Assembly: GCA_035510735.1 (NCBI GenBank)
Contig: DATKGN010000002.1
Coordinates: forward strand, 125,118 to 189,117
Direction of reading: 5' to 3'
Source of the DNA: Patescibacteria group bacterium
GTDB taxonomy: Bacteria > Patescibacteriota > Microgenomatia > UBA10105 > UBA927
Length of the DNA: 64,000 nucleotides
Position numbers and translations under genes: made by a program. Numbering within the stretch: position 1 is the stretch's first letter; the number at the start of each line of letters is the position of its first letter. Shown one piece after another: positions 1-9,502 of the stretch. The notes beneath the pieces were generated by a model. That model did no database searches, was not told the origin of the DNA, and saw only the letters and a list, made by a program, of their open reading frames with translations.

Positions 1-389
1 CCCATCCTTACATTTATAAATGACAGATCGAGACGGTTTTAAATTTAAGGGTAGTTGAGTAATCCCAGAAAGGGAGACGAGCCTTCTTAACTCACTGAAA
101 TATTTTTTTTCATATTGAGTTAGCTTCAATATAAAAATACGTTTTTCCCTTTTTAGCCTGCTTTTTTTACCCATTTTAACGAGAATAAAAACTCATTTAT
201 TGTGAATATATTAAAACTGAACTGTTAAATTAGCAATAAATACTGCAAAGTCACTTTTTTTTGAATTTATGACGTTATTATGCCACAAAAGTCCCACTGT
301 TCCTATATGAAATATAATAGCGAGTTAAGTTCGAACTAAAATGCAGATTAGCCCTAATTTATGCCCTAAAGTGGTAAAATGCGGGTACT

Positions 390-1046
390 ATGGTGGAGGT
401 AACACCGAAATCGCTTGAAGACACGCGTAAAGAAAAATTTACTCTCGCGCTAACGCATAGGTATATTTACTACCATTGGGAAAATAGTAAAGGATCGCTT
501 GGCATCCCAACCGAACTTACCGAGCAATTCGCCCTCGTTTGGGGGGACTACACGGGTAATCAAAGTCATAAAGCACGGGAAGCCCACTTCGAATTTTTAA
601 GCAACTACGGATCATTCAATCTCAATATGTGGGTCGTAGACAAGGAACGAAAACAAATCTTCGTGAATGCAGATTTGTATACTCTGGGACTCTCCGGCGA
701 GATCAGAGGAAAAGGAAAAGACGGACTACACGGCATCCATCGAACCCTCCAATCCCTTTCAAATGCCTCAGGATACACGATCTTCCATATAGCAACACCC
801 AATGAGGTATCAGCTCCATTATTTACGGCGGCTGAAGGATATCGGCCGTTTACGACCTCTGACAGAAAACTTTTGGGTAAAGACTTAGACAAATTCAGTA
901 AGTCCAGATGGAACCGGCTCATGCGAACGGCGACATCCTCGCCCTCAAAAATAAAACAGTATGATCCTTCACAAACCGATCTTCACCTACTCCCCCGCGA
1001 ACAACAGGAAATCGATACCATGCTCCCTCTGGTTTTTCTTAAATAG
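390..1046 (+). CDS. hypothetical protein (218 aa)
   Basis: Long ORF after an AT-rich 390 bp leader; no motif I can assign; convergent with the next ORF. Confidence 0.45.
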   Translation: MVEVTPKSLEDTRKEKFTLALTHRYIYYHWENSKGSLGIPTELTEQFALVWGDYTGNQSHKAREAHFEFLSNYGSFNLNMWVVDKERKQIFVNADLYTLGLSGEIRGKGKDGLHGIHRTLQSLSNASGYTIFHIATPNEVSAPLFTAAEGYRPFTTSDRKLLGKDLDKFSKSRWNRLMRTATSSPSKIKQYDPSQTDLHLLPREQQEIDTMLPLVFLK

Positions 1047-1051
1047 AGTAC

Positions 1052-1618
1052 TTATGAAAGTAATTCAGGCTGAACAGGAGCCTGTCCGTAACTATTTGAG
1101 GCAAATTTTTCGACCAATGGAGATGGTGCAGGAAATCTGTAGCCTATTCCCGATTCGTGGAGGTTAAGTTCAAAATACACTGCTCGCTCCATGAGGTCTC
1201 TTGCTTTCACTCCTCCGATTTGAATGGGTAACGTAGCGATCTCTTCACCCGACAAATGCTGAAGGCCGTCATACTTTCGAAGGAGGTCTCTCACGGTGTA
1301 CGGATCGTGAGCATCCAAAGGTACCCAGACACGCAACCAGTCTTCTTCCGGTGTTCTCGTTAAAAGTAACGTTTCACTATTCTTCTTTTGAAAACTGATG
1401 ATACCATCACTACTGAATATCTCGTGTACGGAAAGATTTTTTCTATCTAACTCATCCAGCTGTAAAACGGTGCGGATTTTTCCGGATTTGTCTTTATAAT
1501 AAATATCCAATCCCTCACGATCAAAAGTATTATTAGGAAGAGCTTCCAGTCGCTTTTCAACCTCACCTTGCCATACCCAACCAAGCACTCGGAGAAACCC
1601 TCCATCTTCATACTTCAT
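1052..1618 (-). CDS. hypothetical protein (188 aa)
   Basis: ORF without recognisable motifs; convergent with 390-1046. Confidence 0.45.
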   Translation of the reverse strand: MKYEDGGFLRVLGWVWQGEVEKRLEALPNNTFDREGLDIYYKDKSGKIRTVLQLDELDRKNLSVHEIFSSDGIISFQKKNSETLLLTRTPEEDWLRVWVPLDAHDPYTVRDLLRKYDGLQHLSGEEIATLPIQIGGVKARDLMERAVYFELNLHESGIGYRFPAPSPLVEKFASNSYGQAPVQPELLS

Positions 1619-1667
1619 AATGAGCGGAGTATAACAAAAACGTGTGATTTTGCAACGAGACCCTCCA

Positions 1668-3809
1668 CTACTGCCACGAGGTCACTTTGTATAAACGAAA
1701 ACCCTGCAATGAATCCTCAGCTATGAGCTGAGCGCCTTTTGACGCTTTTTCCCACAATATGTGGTAGACATAATAAAACCGGGTATCGTAGGCGTTAAAC
1801 TCACTCTGGTTTATAAAAAAACAAAACGGCAGTTTGGGTTTCAGGGTGTCAATCTGTTCCGTCGATACGATATACCCCCGAACATATGCATATTGCGTCG
1901 CGGGCGCCACACCCAAAGCCGCGAGTAAATCAAACTCGTACGCATCAACACTCAATAGCGGACAACCGGACGGCAAGTGTTTTACTAAAAACTGATATTC
2001 GGGCAGGTCTTTTGTATTCCAATGATTTATCGAAGATTGTATAAATGCCGAAGACTCTTTTCCGATAGACGCGGCCGCAACTCCATACGGAATCATCATA
2101 AGCGTGCCGCGAAGCGCGCCCAGAACAATGATAAATAAACACAAAAACGTTCCGACCACGAGTACATAATCTTTTTTGACCGATGAACGGTTTTTCCAGG
2201 CTAAATCAACAAGTAATCCGGCCACAATAATAAACGGCATACTCACGCCATAGAGCGTGTGCGGCATGCTCCTCCCCATGTAATACGGAAATGATGTCAA
2301 CTGAATGACGGCGATATAGACGCACGCAATACCCAGTACATCCCGTTTCTTGAGAACGGCATACATACCGGCGATAACGCCCACCAGACTCACGAATAGT
2401 GGGAATATATAGGCGATATCGCCTCCAATGGGGACAAGGTAAACACCGCCTCCGAAAAAGCGTGCAAAATACGTGTACATACCGATATCCGGCAACCGAC
2501 CGGATTTAAAAAGCGTATAGGCGGATACTGCAGCGAAACTGCAAAGCACTGTCCCTCCGATTGGCACGATTACCGATCGCACGAAAAATGCTGGCTGTTT
2601 TTTTGCTACCGCACGAAGCAGCAATAGTGCCAACGCAGCAACGAAAAGCCCCGCGCCGATCTCCACCGAAAAAAATAACCCAAGCGTACTTGCGATAAGG
2701 AACAACGTAAAATAGAGTTCTTTTTTTGACTGGATAAACAACATCAACAACCCGAGAGGGATTAAACAAGCGCCGAAACGAAGGGGTGTAAATGCCGGGT
2801 GGCCTACGAGCGCAATTTTATATCCCGGAAACCCCCAGTACCGTATGAGGATCGTATAAAAAAATACGGCAATGGTCGTACTGAGTGCGAGAAGCCGGCT
2901 CGCGAATAATTTATAAAGGATGACAGTCAAGAGTCCGAAATAGACCACAAGAAATATCATGGTCGCGACAAGGCTCATCTCATACGAAACCGGAAGCTTG
3001 GGAAAAGCGAGAATCCACAAAATCCAGGGGATGAGATACCCATAGCCATATTGACTGTACACATCGATAAACGGAATACCTCCGTGCGCTATGTGGTAGG
3101 CCGATCCGAAGGTGATAAACATATCCCATGCGTCTTCGTACAGAAGCATAAACCGGAGAAGCGCCAGGGATATGAGTGATAGTACAACGACCAGCGGCAC
3201 CCACCTGGGTATTCGACTCACCCACCTCACTACATTCCTGTGTTGCCGTGTCAACCCGTAAAGAATTATGCCGATTGCGCATACGGCGATAAGATAAAAG
3301 TATTGTGTGTATATCGCAGGATCTGCACCGATATCAAAAAAGATCCCACTGGGTAAAAGATATTTCAACAGGGTGCCGCCCATAATAATACCAATAAATG
3401 ATTGCGGTATATCGCGTTTTAAAACATACGATCGCACGGCCCAAATACCTACAACCAAAAATCCCAACGGCACGATATTGAAAACAACATGCGTCATATT
3501 GATTGACGGGTAACAAAGAGCATATAACGTACAGGCGACCGCGGATATACGGGCTAGCGAGATAAACTTTTTATGCTGACGGAATCGGATGAATAACACA
3601 GAGAGGAGCGCCGAGCTCAAAAAAAATAGACCCACAAATGCGATGTAAACAATGTTATCGATTTCATGAGTAAAAATATCCAGAGGATTGAGCAAATGAA
3701 TGGATCCGACCGGGATGCGCCAGAAAAACGGAAATAATGCCCGAATGACCCATGAGGCAATAACTCCCGAAAAAATAGCTGCATAATACATCCACTCAAC
3801 AGGAAACAT
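1668..3809 (-). CDS. large polytopic integral membrane protein (713 aa), GT-C-like architecture (possible glycosyl/lipid transferase)
   Basis: More than 12 predicted TM helices in the N-terminal ~560 aa followed by a ~150 aa soluble C-terminal domain; the function is inferred from architecture only. Confidence 0.55.
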   Translation of the reverse strand: MFPVEWMYYAAIFSGVIASWVIRALFPFFWRIPVGSIHLLNPLDIFTHEIDNIVYIAFVGLFFLSSALLSVLFIRFRQHKKFISLARISAVACTLYALCYPSINMTHVVFNIVPLGFLVVGIWAVRSYVLKRDIPQSFIGIIMGGTLLKYLLPSGIFFDIGADPAIYTQYFYLIAVCAIGIILYGLTRQHRNVVRWVSRIPRWVPLVVVLSLISLALLRFMLLYEDAWDMFITFGSAYHIAHGGIPFIDVYSQYGYGYLIPWILWILAFPKLPVSYEMSLVATMIFLVVYFGLLTVILYKLFASRLLALSTTIAVFFYTILIRYWGFPGYKIALVGHPAFTPLRFGACLIPLGLLMLFIQSKKELYFTLFLIASTLGLFFSVEIGAGLFVAALALLLLRAVAKKQPAFFVRSVIVPIGGTVLCSFAAVSAYTLFKSGRLPDIGMYTYFARFFGGGVYLVPIGGDIAYIFPLFVSLVGVIAGMYAVLKKRDVLGIACVYIAVIQLTSFPYYMGRSMPHTLYGVSMPFIIVAGLLVDLAWKNRSSVKKDYVLVVGTFLCLFIIVLGALRGTLMMIPYGVAAASIGKESSAFIQSSINHWNTKDLPEYQFLVKHLPSGCPLLSVDAYEFDLLAALGVAPATQYAYVRGYIVSTEQIDTLKPKLPFCFFINQSEFNAYDTRFYYVYHILWEKASKGAQLIAEDSLQGFRLYKVTSWQ

Positions 3810-3842
3810 AGATTAGAGTATACCGTATCATCCATTCGTGTA

Positions 3843-3900
3843 AACAGTTGTAAGATTTCTTACAATTGTCCTTGACAGGAAGCTGTACATTTGTTTATAT
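3843..3900 (+). promoter_or_regulatory. sigma70-like promoter preceded by an operator-like palindrome
   Basis: The near-perfect inverted repeat ACAGTTGTAAGAtTTCTTACAATTGT (3843-3868) abuts TTGACA (3872-3877), then a 17-18 nt spacer and a TATATG -10-like hexamer; lies upstream of 3907/4127. Confidence 0.45.
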
Positions 3901-3906
3901 GTCTCT

Positions 3907-4128
3907 ATGATAACGGCGCTTGTTATTCTTTATCTATTCCTTTTTCTCTCGCCCGCTCTCTCACAGGCGCACGCGTATCTGGACCCCGGCAACGGCAGTT
4001 ATATGATCCAATTACTTTTCGGCGGAGCCCTTGGCCTTATTGTCAGCGTTAAATTATTCTGGAAACAAATACACCATTTTTTTTCCCGACTCTTTCATAA
4101 AAAAACAGATGACAAAAACGAGGGTTAA
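3907..4128 (+). CDS. small membrane/secreted protein (73 aa), uncertain
   Basis: Hydrophobic N-terminus (signal-like) plus a second hydrophobic segment; it lies downstream of a TTGACA-17-TATATG-like promoter; it could alternatively be the leader of the next gene. Confidence 0.3.
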   Translation: MITALVILYLFLFLSPALSQAHAYLDPGNGSYMIQLLFGGALGLIVSVKLFWKQIHHFFSRLFHKKTDDKNEG

Positions 4129-5503
4129 CGTGCCAACAACCCGGCTTGGCAGCTCATTCCGCGACCCGAGCGGTCATGTCATTGCCGATAAGGGAATCCT
4201 GAAGCGGACCATTTCCGCGTCTTATATACCAATATACCGGAAGGCCGAAGGATCAGGATTATATGACCGGCTGATGAAGGATGCGTTATTAATCCCCCAC
4301 CGGGAACTCCCGCGCAATAATAGAAAAAATAATCTTGTCATTCAACCTGACGTCATCCCATTCATCTCTTATCCATATGAGTGGTGTTTTGGTGAGCTTC
4401 ATGACGCAGCGCTCACGACGCTCAACATCCAAAAGACCGCCCTCGCATACGGTTTTTCCCTTAAAGACGCGAGTGCGTATAATATCCAGTTCTATAACGG
4501 AAAACCGATTCTTATTGACACGCTGTCGTTTGAGCCGTATGTAGCGGGCTCGCCATGGATTGCATACCGCCAGTTCTGTATGCATTTTCTTATGCCTTTA
4601 CTTCTTATGAGCCGAAAATCCGCAGATTTCAACAAATTATTCATCACGCACCTTGACGGTATACCGCTATCGCTTGGCAGCTCACTATTGCCCAAAACGA
4701 CACTATTGAACCCGTCGCTTCTTGCACACATCCATCTGCACGCCATGATGGAACAAAAACTCGCGGGGAACACAGCACGACACGGCAACAATACACTGTC
4801 CAAAGATGCGTTTGTAACACTTCTTAACAATCTCGAGTCAACCATCAGGCATTTGAAATTACGGGATTCACAAAGCCAGTGGAGCTCATATGAAGAAACG
4901 CATTCATATGGCGTGGGCGGCATGAGGGAGAAAAAGAAAATTGTAACGACACTGCTGCGGAAAATTCATGCGGAATCTGCGCTCGACATCGGTGCAAATA
5001 CCGGTGCATTTACCGCACTTTGTATAGCGGGCGGGATAAATACAATCGCCGTTGATAATGACCACGGGTGCATTGAAAAACTGTATGCCGCAAACAAACG
5101 CAATAACGTAACCAATTGCCTCCCCCTTTGCATCGATATCACGAATCCGAGTCCTTCAATCGGATGGGAGAATAACGAACGGTCATCATTTCTGGATAGG
5201 ACAGACGTTGATCTCGTCCTGGCGCTCGCGCTTATTCATCATATCGCGATTGGCAATAATGTGCCGTTTGATTATATCGCCCGTCTCATGAGCCGACTCG
5301 GCCGCTATCTCATCATAGAATTCGTACCGAAAACCGATATCATGGTCCGACAGATGCTCGCCAATCGCGTTGATGTTTTCACGAACTACACAAAAAAACT
5401 GTTTGAACGGGAATTTAGCGTATATTTCCGAGTGCTGGGTACTTTTCCGGTCTTGAACACCGGGAGAGTCATCTATCTCATGGAGCGAAAACGAGGCGTA
5501 TGA
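4127..5503 (+). CDS. class I SAM-dependent methyltransferase with an N-terminal uncharacterised domain (RLGSSFRDPSGHV)
   Basis: Glycine-rich SAM-binding motif LDIGANTGAFT...AVDND in the C-terminal half; the ORF track starts at 4031, but that extension overlaps the small ORF, and the start at 4127 (MTKTRVNV) is preferred. Confidence 0.6.
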   Translation, partial: NVPTTRLGSSFRDPSGHVIADKGILKRTISASYIPIYRKAEGSGLYDRLMKDALLIPHRELPRNNRKNNLVIQPDVIPFISYPYEWCFGELHDAALTTLNIQKTALAYGFSLKDASAYNIQFYNGKPILIDTLSFEPYVAGSPWIAYRQFCMHFLMPLLLMSRKSADFNKLFITHLDGIPLSLGSSLLPKTTLLNPSLLAHIHLHAMMEQKLAGNTARHGNNTLSKDAFVTLLNNLESTIRHLKLRDSQSQWSSYEETHSYGVGGMREKKKIVTTLLRKIHAESALDIGANTGAFTALCIAGGINTIAVDNDHGCIEKLYAANKRNNVTNCLPLCIDITNPSPSIGWENNERSSFLDRTDVDLVLALALIHHIAIGNNVPFDYIARLMSRLGRYLIIEFVPKTDIMVRQMLANRVDVFTNYTKKLFEREFSVYFRVLGTFPVLNTGRVIYLMERKRGV

Positions 5504-7068
5504 AAAAACTATTTCAATCACCCATTCATATATTCCTTCTCCCTTTGTTCCCAATACTTTCCCTTATCGCACACAACTACAGTGAGTTATTCCCTTCTCA
5601 GATATTTTTTGCCATCGGCTATGTTCTTGTGCCGGTCATATTCCTGTGGATTCTTCTTGATCTTATATTCCTCAAGGACGTAAGGAAGTCAGCGATAGCC
5701 GTCTCCATCGCCTTCTTCATTTTTAAACCGTTTGCCTCAATCGATTTTTTGTCGGAAAATATAGAGCTCAGGCAGTTTATTGCGCTTCATAATGACACGG
5801 TATTCTGGATACTCGGTACTATTATTGTTTTGGCGATTATCATAAAATTCTTCAAACGGAAATTTAACAAAATAACCCTGGTGTTAAATATATTCAGTAT
5901 TTCATTTCTCATCCTGCCGGTCGGTTCCATTCTGTACAGCCAGTCAATCCGCACATTTTTTCCGATACGTCTCCTCCACCCGATACAATATACAAATGAG
6001 GGCAAAAACATAACGACGGCACCGGACATCTACTACATCATCTCCGACCGGTACGCCAATGCAGAGACACTCTCAGATTATTACGGCTACGATAACAGCG
6101 CATTTTACAATGCACTGGGCTCGCGGGGCTTTTACGTGGCGACGAACAGCGCGGCAAATTACCCCTTCACAGAGCCGTCATTGGCATCTTCACTCAATCT
6201 GAATTACTTCGATGTGACACATAGTAATAAACAATCAAGCGATGATACGCCAATACTTGATATTATCGAGAACAATGAAGCGGTGAAGTATCTCAAATCA
6301 CGCGGCTACACGTACTATCATTTCGGCGCCGAGTGGGTGACACCGGTTAATAAAAATGCTGACTTCCAGTACAGTTATAAAACCAAAACGCTCTCACAGG
6401 CCCAAATAGAGCTTATTTCGCTAAATGCCGATTCAAACGCTCTCGGTGAATATTTACATAATAATCGATACGCGACATCGACGTTTCTTTTGTCACAGCC
6501 CCAAAATCACGGCAGTTATATGCTCGACCAGCTCCTGGAACTTTCTAAAATCATCGCAAACCCGGGACCGAAGTTCGTATTCGTCCATTTACTATTAACC
6601 CATGATCCGTATGTGTTTACAAAAGACGGATATTATACAAACAGGACGGCCACCAACCTGAGAAGCGGAGCAAATCCCCTATATCTCGGGCAGCTGCAAT
6701 TTGCAAATAAGATCCTGCTTGCGACTATTGACACGATTTTAAAAAGTTCCAAAAAGCCACCGATTATCATCCTCCAATCCGATGAAGGACCGTACCCCAA
6801 AGCGTTTCGCGATAATTTAAACGGTTTCAGCTGGAAGAAGGCTACAATTGCCGAAATGCGCGAAAAAATTCGGATTCTTAATTCTTTTTATCTCCCAGGT
6901 CAGACATCGACTCCACTCTACGACAACATCTCACCGGTGAATAGTTTCCGAATGATCTTTAACCTATATCTCGGAGAACACTTGCCCCTGCTTCCGGATA
7001 AAAGTTATGCGCAAACCTATCTTCAGCGGAATTACGACTTCTTCGAAGTTACGAATATCGTAAAATAA
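5500..7068 (+). CDS. LtaS-like sulfatase / phosphoglycerol-transferase family membrane protein
   Basis: N-terminal ~5 TM helices then an extracytoplasmic alkaline-phosphatase-superfamily domain (IYYIISDRYANAE..., FVFVHLLLTHDPY, IIILQSDEGP); 4-nt overlap with the upstream MTase. Confidence 0.7.
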   Translation: MKKLFQSPIHIFLLPLFPILSLIAHNYSELFPSQIFFAIGYVLVPVIFLWILLDLIFLKDVRKSAIAVSIAFFIFKPFASIDFLSENIELRQFIALHNDTVFWILGTIIVLAIIIKFFKRKFNKITLVLNIFSISFLILPVGSILYSQSIRTFFPIRLLHPIQYTNEGKNITTAPDIYYIISDRYANAETLSDYYGYDNSAFYNALGSRGFYVATNSAANYPFTEPSLASSLNLNYFDVTHSNKQSSDDTPILDIIENNEAVKYLKSRGYTYYHFGAEWVTPVNKNADFQYSYKTKTLSQAQIELISLNADSNALGEYLHNNRYATSTFLLSQPQNHGSYMLDQLLELSKIIANPGPKFVFVHLLLTHDPYVFTKDGYYTNRTATNLRSGANPLYLGQLQFANKILLATIDTILKSSKKPPIIILQSDEGPYPKAFRDNLNGFSWKKATIAEMREKIRILNSFYLPGQTSTPLYDNISPVNSFRMIFNLYLGEHLPLLPDKSYAQTYLQRNYDFFEVTNIVK

Positions 7069-7074
7069 TCCCGA

Positions 7075-8547
7075 TTACATCCGTGATAACTGCGCAAATA
7101 CCCCTGGCTGTTTTGCCTTGATAATATCCCGTATTTTCGTAATGGTCTGAAGCATATGAATGACTTCACGGTCGCTGCTTTTTATACCCCAAGGCGCGAG
7201 TATGCGCTGGATATTCTCTGCTTCCTCGCCGATGGTGACTCTCAGGCGGTCAAGAAGATATTGCGGTCTGGTTTCGGGCTCGACGAGTAATCCTAACTCT
7301 TCCCAATAATTCTCCAACGGACCCTGGAGCGCGCTACGGAGAAGATACAGCTCATTTTTATTCTTCGTCAATCCAGTGCGTTCCATCTGCTTGGCCACGT
7401 CAGCACCCCAGACATAGGCAGCCATCAATACCAGCCGTTTTTCCTCGGCAGAAAGATGCCGATCACGAAGCACCTGAACCCCGAAGTCAGCACTCATGCG
7501 TTCTAGTGCCGCCCGTTTCTCATCAGGCGGCATCGGTAATACGGCAACACCGGTCAACGAATCAAAAATCCGTACGAGCTTTTCCTGCGTTGAGCGGATG
7601 ACACGATCGTTTTCACTTTCCAAAATTGTTGGATCGAAATTCCCTCGTTCCCGCGCCCGATAATGCGCGAAGGCGCTTTCGGTTATATAATTTTCTTCGG
7701 AGAGCATTTCACCCGGAAAAGTATTTCTGGTAAACCAATCTAATCTGCCCATAACATCAATCGAATATAACTGCCCTTCCGGACGCCATATCCAAAACTG
7801 AACCAAGTCGGACATCCCGGGAGAAGTATTTGTAAACATCTGAATCTCTAGAACGTGTTGCCGCGACAAATATTGAAGTATACGCATGGTATCCGTCTTA
7901 ATAGACACCCTATCGCCATGCTCGCCATCGCGCATATCAGGCAAATGCATGAGATGTTCCTGTTTTGAAAACCAAAACATCATAGGTATAACATCTCGAA
8001 ATAACCGTCGAGCAACGACCTCATTGTCACCCAAGGTCTTACCCAGTGCTTCATAGGCCCCCTGCACAATACGTTTAATCTGGGCATAGTGCTCTACAAA
8101 ATAGTTGGGATTATTACGGCTTTCGGAATACGCTTCTTCAACGCGCGTCCAGATTACCTCTTCCTGTGGGCGCACGAATTGATAGATTGCATCAATATCC
8201 GGATACGGCAACCGCTTAATAATGCCGTTGGCATAAAATCCCCCTCCGGCACCGCCCGCATCTCCTATTTTCTCAATAAACTCATGCACCTTTTGACTTC
8301 GACTTCCTTCACCGCCCAAAAGTAATTCGATCAGCTGATCGGTTTTATAACGGGCAACCTCTACATCCGTCGCCGCCAGTCTACCTAAGAGATCCATGTC
8401 TTCAAATCGATACTCCTCAACCAATCGGGCGACATTTCGCGTGGCGATAAGATAGTTTGTTATATCGGCAGATCCCAAATCTTCCCGGGGAAAGGAGAGA
8501 AGCATATTGAGTCCTTCTTTATCCCGTATCGGCGTATAGCCGAGCAT
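7075..8547 (-). CDS. hypothetical protein (490 aa)
   Basis: Long ORF; Gly-rich stretch GDAGGAGGGFYANG; a possible metal-binding HLMHLPDMRDGEHGDR segment; no confident family assignment. Confidence 0.55.
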   Translation of the reverse strand: MLGYTPIRDKEGLNMLLSFPREDLGSADITNYLIATRNVARLVEEYRFEDMDLLGRLAATDVEVARYKTDQLIELLLGGEGSRSQKVHEFIEKIGDAGGAGGGFYANGIIKRLPYPDIDAIYQFVRPQEEVIWTRVEEAYSESRNNPNYFVEHYAQIKRIVQGAYEALGKTLGDNEVVARRLFRDVIPMMFWFSKQEHLMHLPDMRDGEHGDRVSIKTDTMRILQYLSRQHVLEIQMFTNTSPGMSDLVQFWIWRPEGQLYSIDVMGRLDWFTRNTFPGEMLSEENYITESAFAHYRARERGNFDPTILESENDRVIRSTQEKLVRIFDSLTGVAVLPMPPDEKRAALERMSADFGVQVLRDRHLSAEEKRLVLMAAYVWGADVAKQMERTGLTKNKNELYLLRSALQGPLENYWEELGLLVEPETRPQYLLDRLRVTIGEEAENIQRILAPWGIKSSDREVIHMLQTITKIRDIIKAKQPGVFAQLSRM

Positions 8548-8562
8548 AAATAAAAAAACTTT

Positions 8563-9051
8563 TCAGTAGTTTGATGCGGTCATCGAAGGTTCTTTACGGT
8601 CGGTAAGCACATCCTTGAACCTTTGCGTAGCCATCGTAAGCGTTGCGAGTCTATTAGCTACCAAATAGGTGAACTTTCTCCGATCCAACTCCGCATTTTG
8701 AAATGATTTGTGGTCACGCTCTTTATTGGCAAACGCTCGTTGATACTCCTGCCAAAACTGATCGCTCACCAAGCCCTTGCCGCAGCCTGCAAGTCGTCCA
8801 GCCTGTGTTATCGTGTCGTTATTTATGCTTTCGTGTTTAATCCCTTGAGTCCTAACGACTGACACGAGTGTATCGTAAGCATCAAAAATATGAAGCCATG
8901 CACCATCATCCGAGGTCATTCCGAACGCCGCAAACTCAAGGGATTTTCGGGCTTTCGATGCGGGATCGACGAACGATTCCAAACGAGCGGCCAGCGCCGC
9001 CGTGATTTGCTCCCTGGATCGCGGTTTTTCCTGTTCTGCATCGTTTCCCAT
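8563..9051 (-). CDS. hypothetical protein (162 aa), co-operonic with 7075-8547
   Basis: 16-nt gap to the downstream gene on the same strand; no recognisable motif. Confidence 0.5.
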   Translation of the reverse strand: MGNDAEQEKPRSREQITAALAARLESFVDPASKARKSLEFAAFGMTSDDGAWLHIFDAYDTLVSVVRTQGIKHESINNDTITQAGRLAGCGKGLVSDQFWQEYQRAFANKERDHKSFQNAELDRRKFTYLVANRLATLTMATQRFKDVLTDRKEPSMTASNY

Positions 9052-9187
9052 AGCTATATATCCTTCCGACCTACATAATCCACCCTATAATTGTATCATG
9101 TACCGCCTCCAATCGAACAATATAATTCTTTTCAGCGTCCTTTCAGCGAACCCGATTAGATTATTCGGTGGAAAGAAGGTGAATACT

Positions 9188-9445
9188 ATGTATATGTACT
9201 ATGGCTCGCGCTTCGCAGGACCCGGTCCAGGTTTCGGACTTTTCTGGCCTATCGCATTTGTATTATTTATCATTCTTATAGTATGGATAATAAGTACTCA
9301 TATGGGCACAAATTCCCATAATGATGATGTTAACGATAGTGAATTACCGGAACAGGAGTCAGCTCTTGAGATTCTCAAAAAACGCTATGCACGGGGCGAA
9401 ATCACGAAGCGCCAATATCTTGAAATGAAAAAAGATATCAGCTGA
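9188..9445 (+). CDS. small membrane protein with a C-terminal SHOCT domain
   Basis: TM helix (FGLFWPIAFVLFIILIVWII) followed by ALEILKKRYARGEITKRQYLEMKKDI (SHOCT-like); start moved to the ATG at 9188, which is preceded by GGAAAGAAGGTG. Confidence 0.6.
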   Translation: MYMYYGSRFAGPGPGFGLFWPIAFVLFIILIVWIISTHMGTNSHNDDVNDSELPEQESALEILKKRYARGEITKRQYLEMKKDIS

Positions 9446-9502
9446 TAATTGATTGAACTTTGTGATCTTTTAGCGTAAAATAAGTAAATCTTTTGGTAAT
9501 CT

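Noticed and set aside
9002-9187. Upstream extension of the SHOCT-protein ORF (MICSLDRGFSC...)
   Set aside because: It overlaps the divergent gene's start and promoter region; an ATG with a purine-rich SD-like element at 9188 gives a compact TM+SHOCT protein
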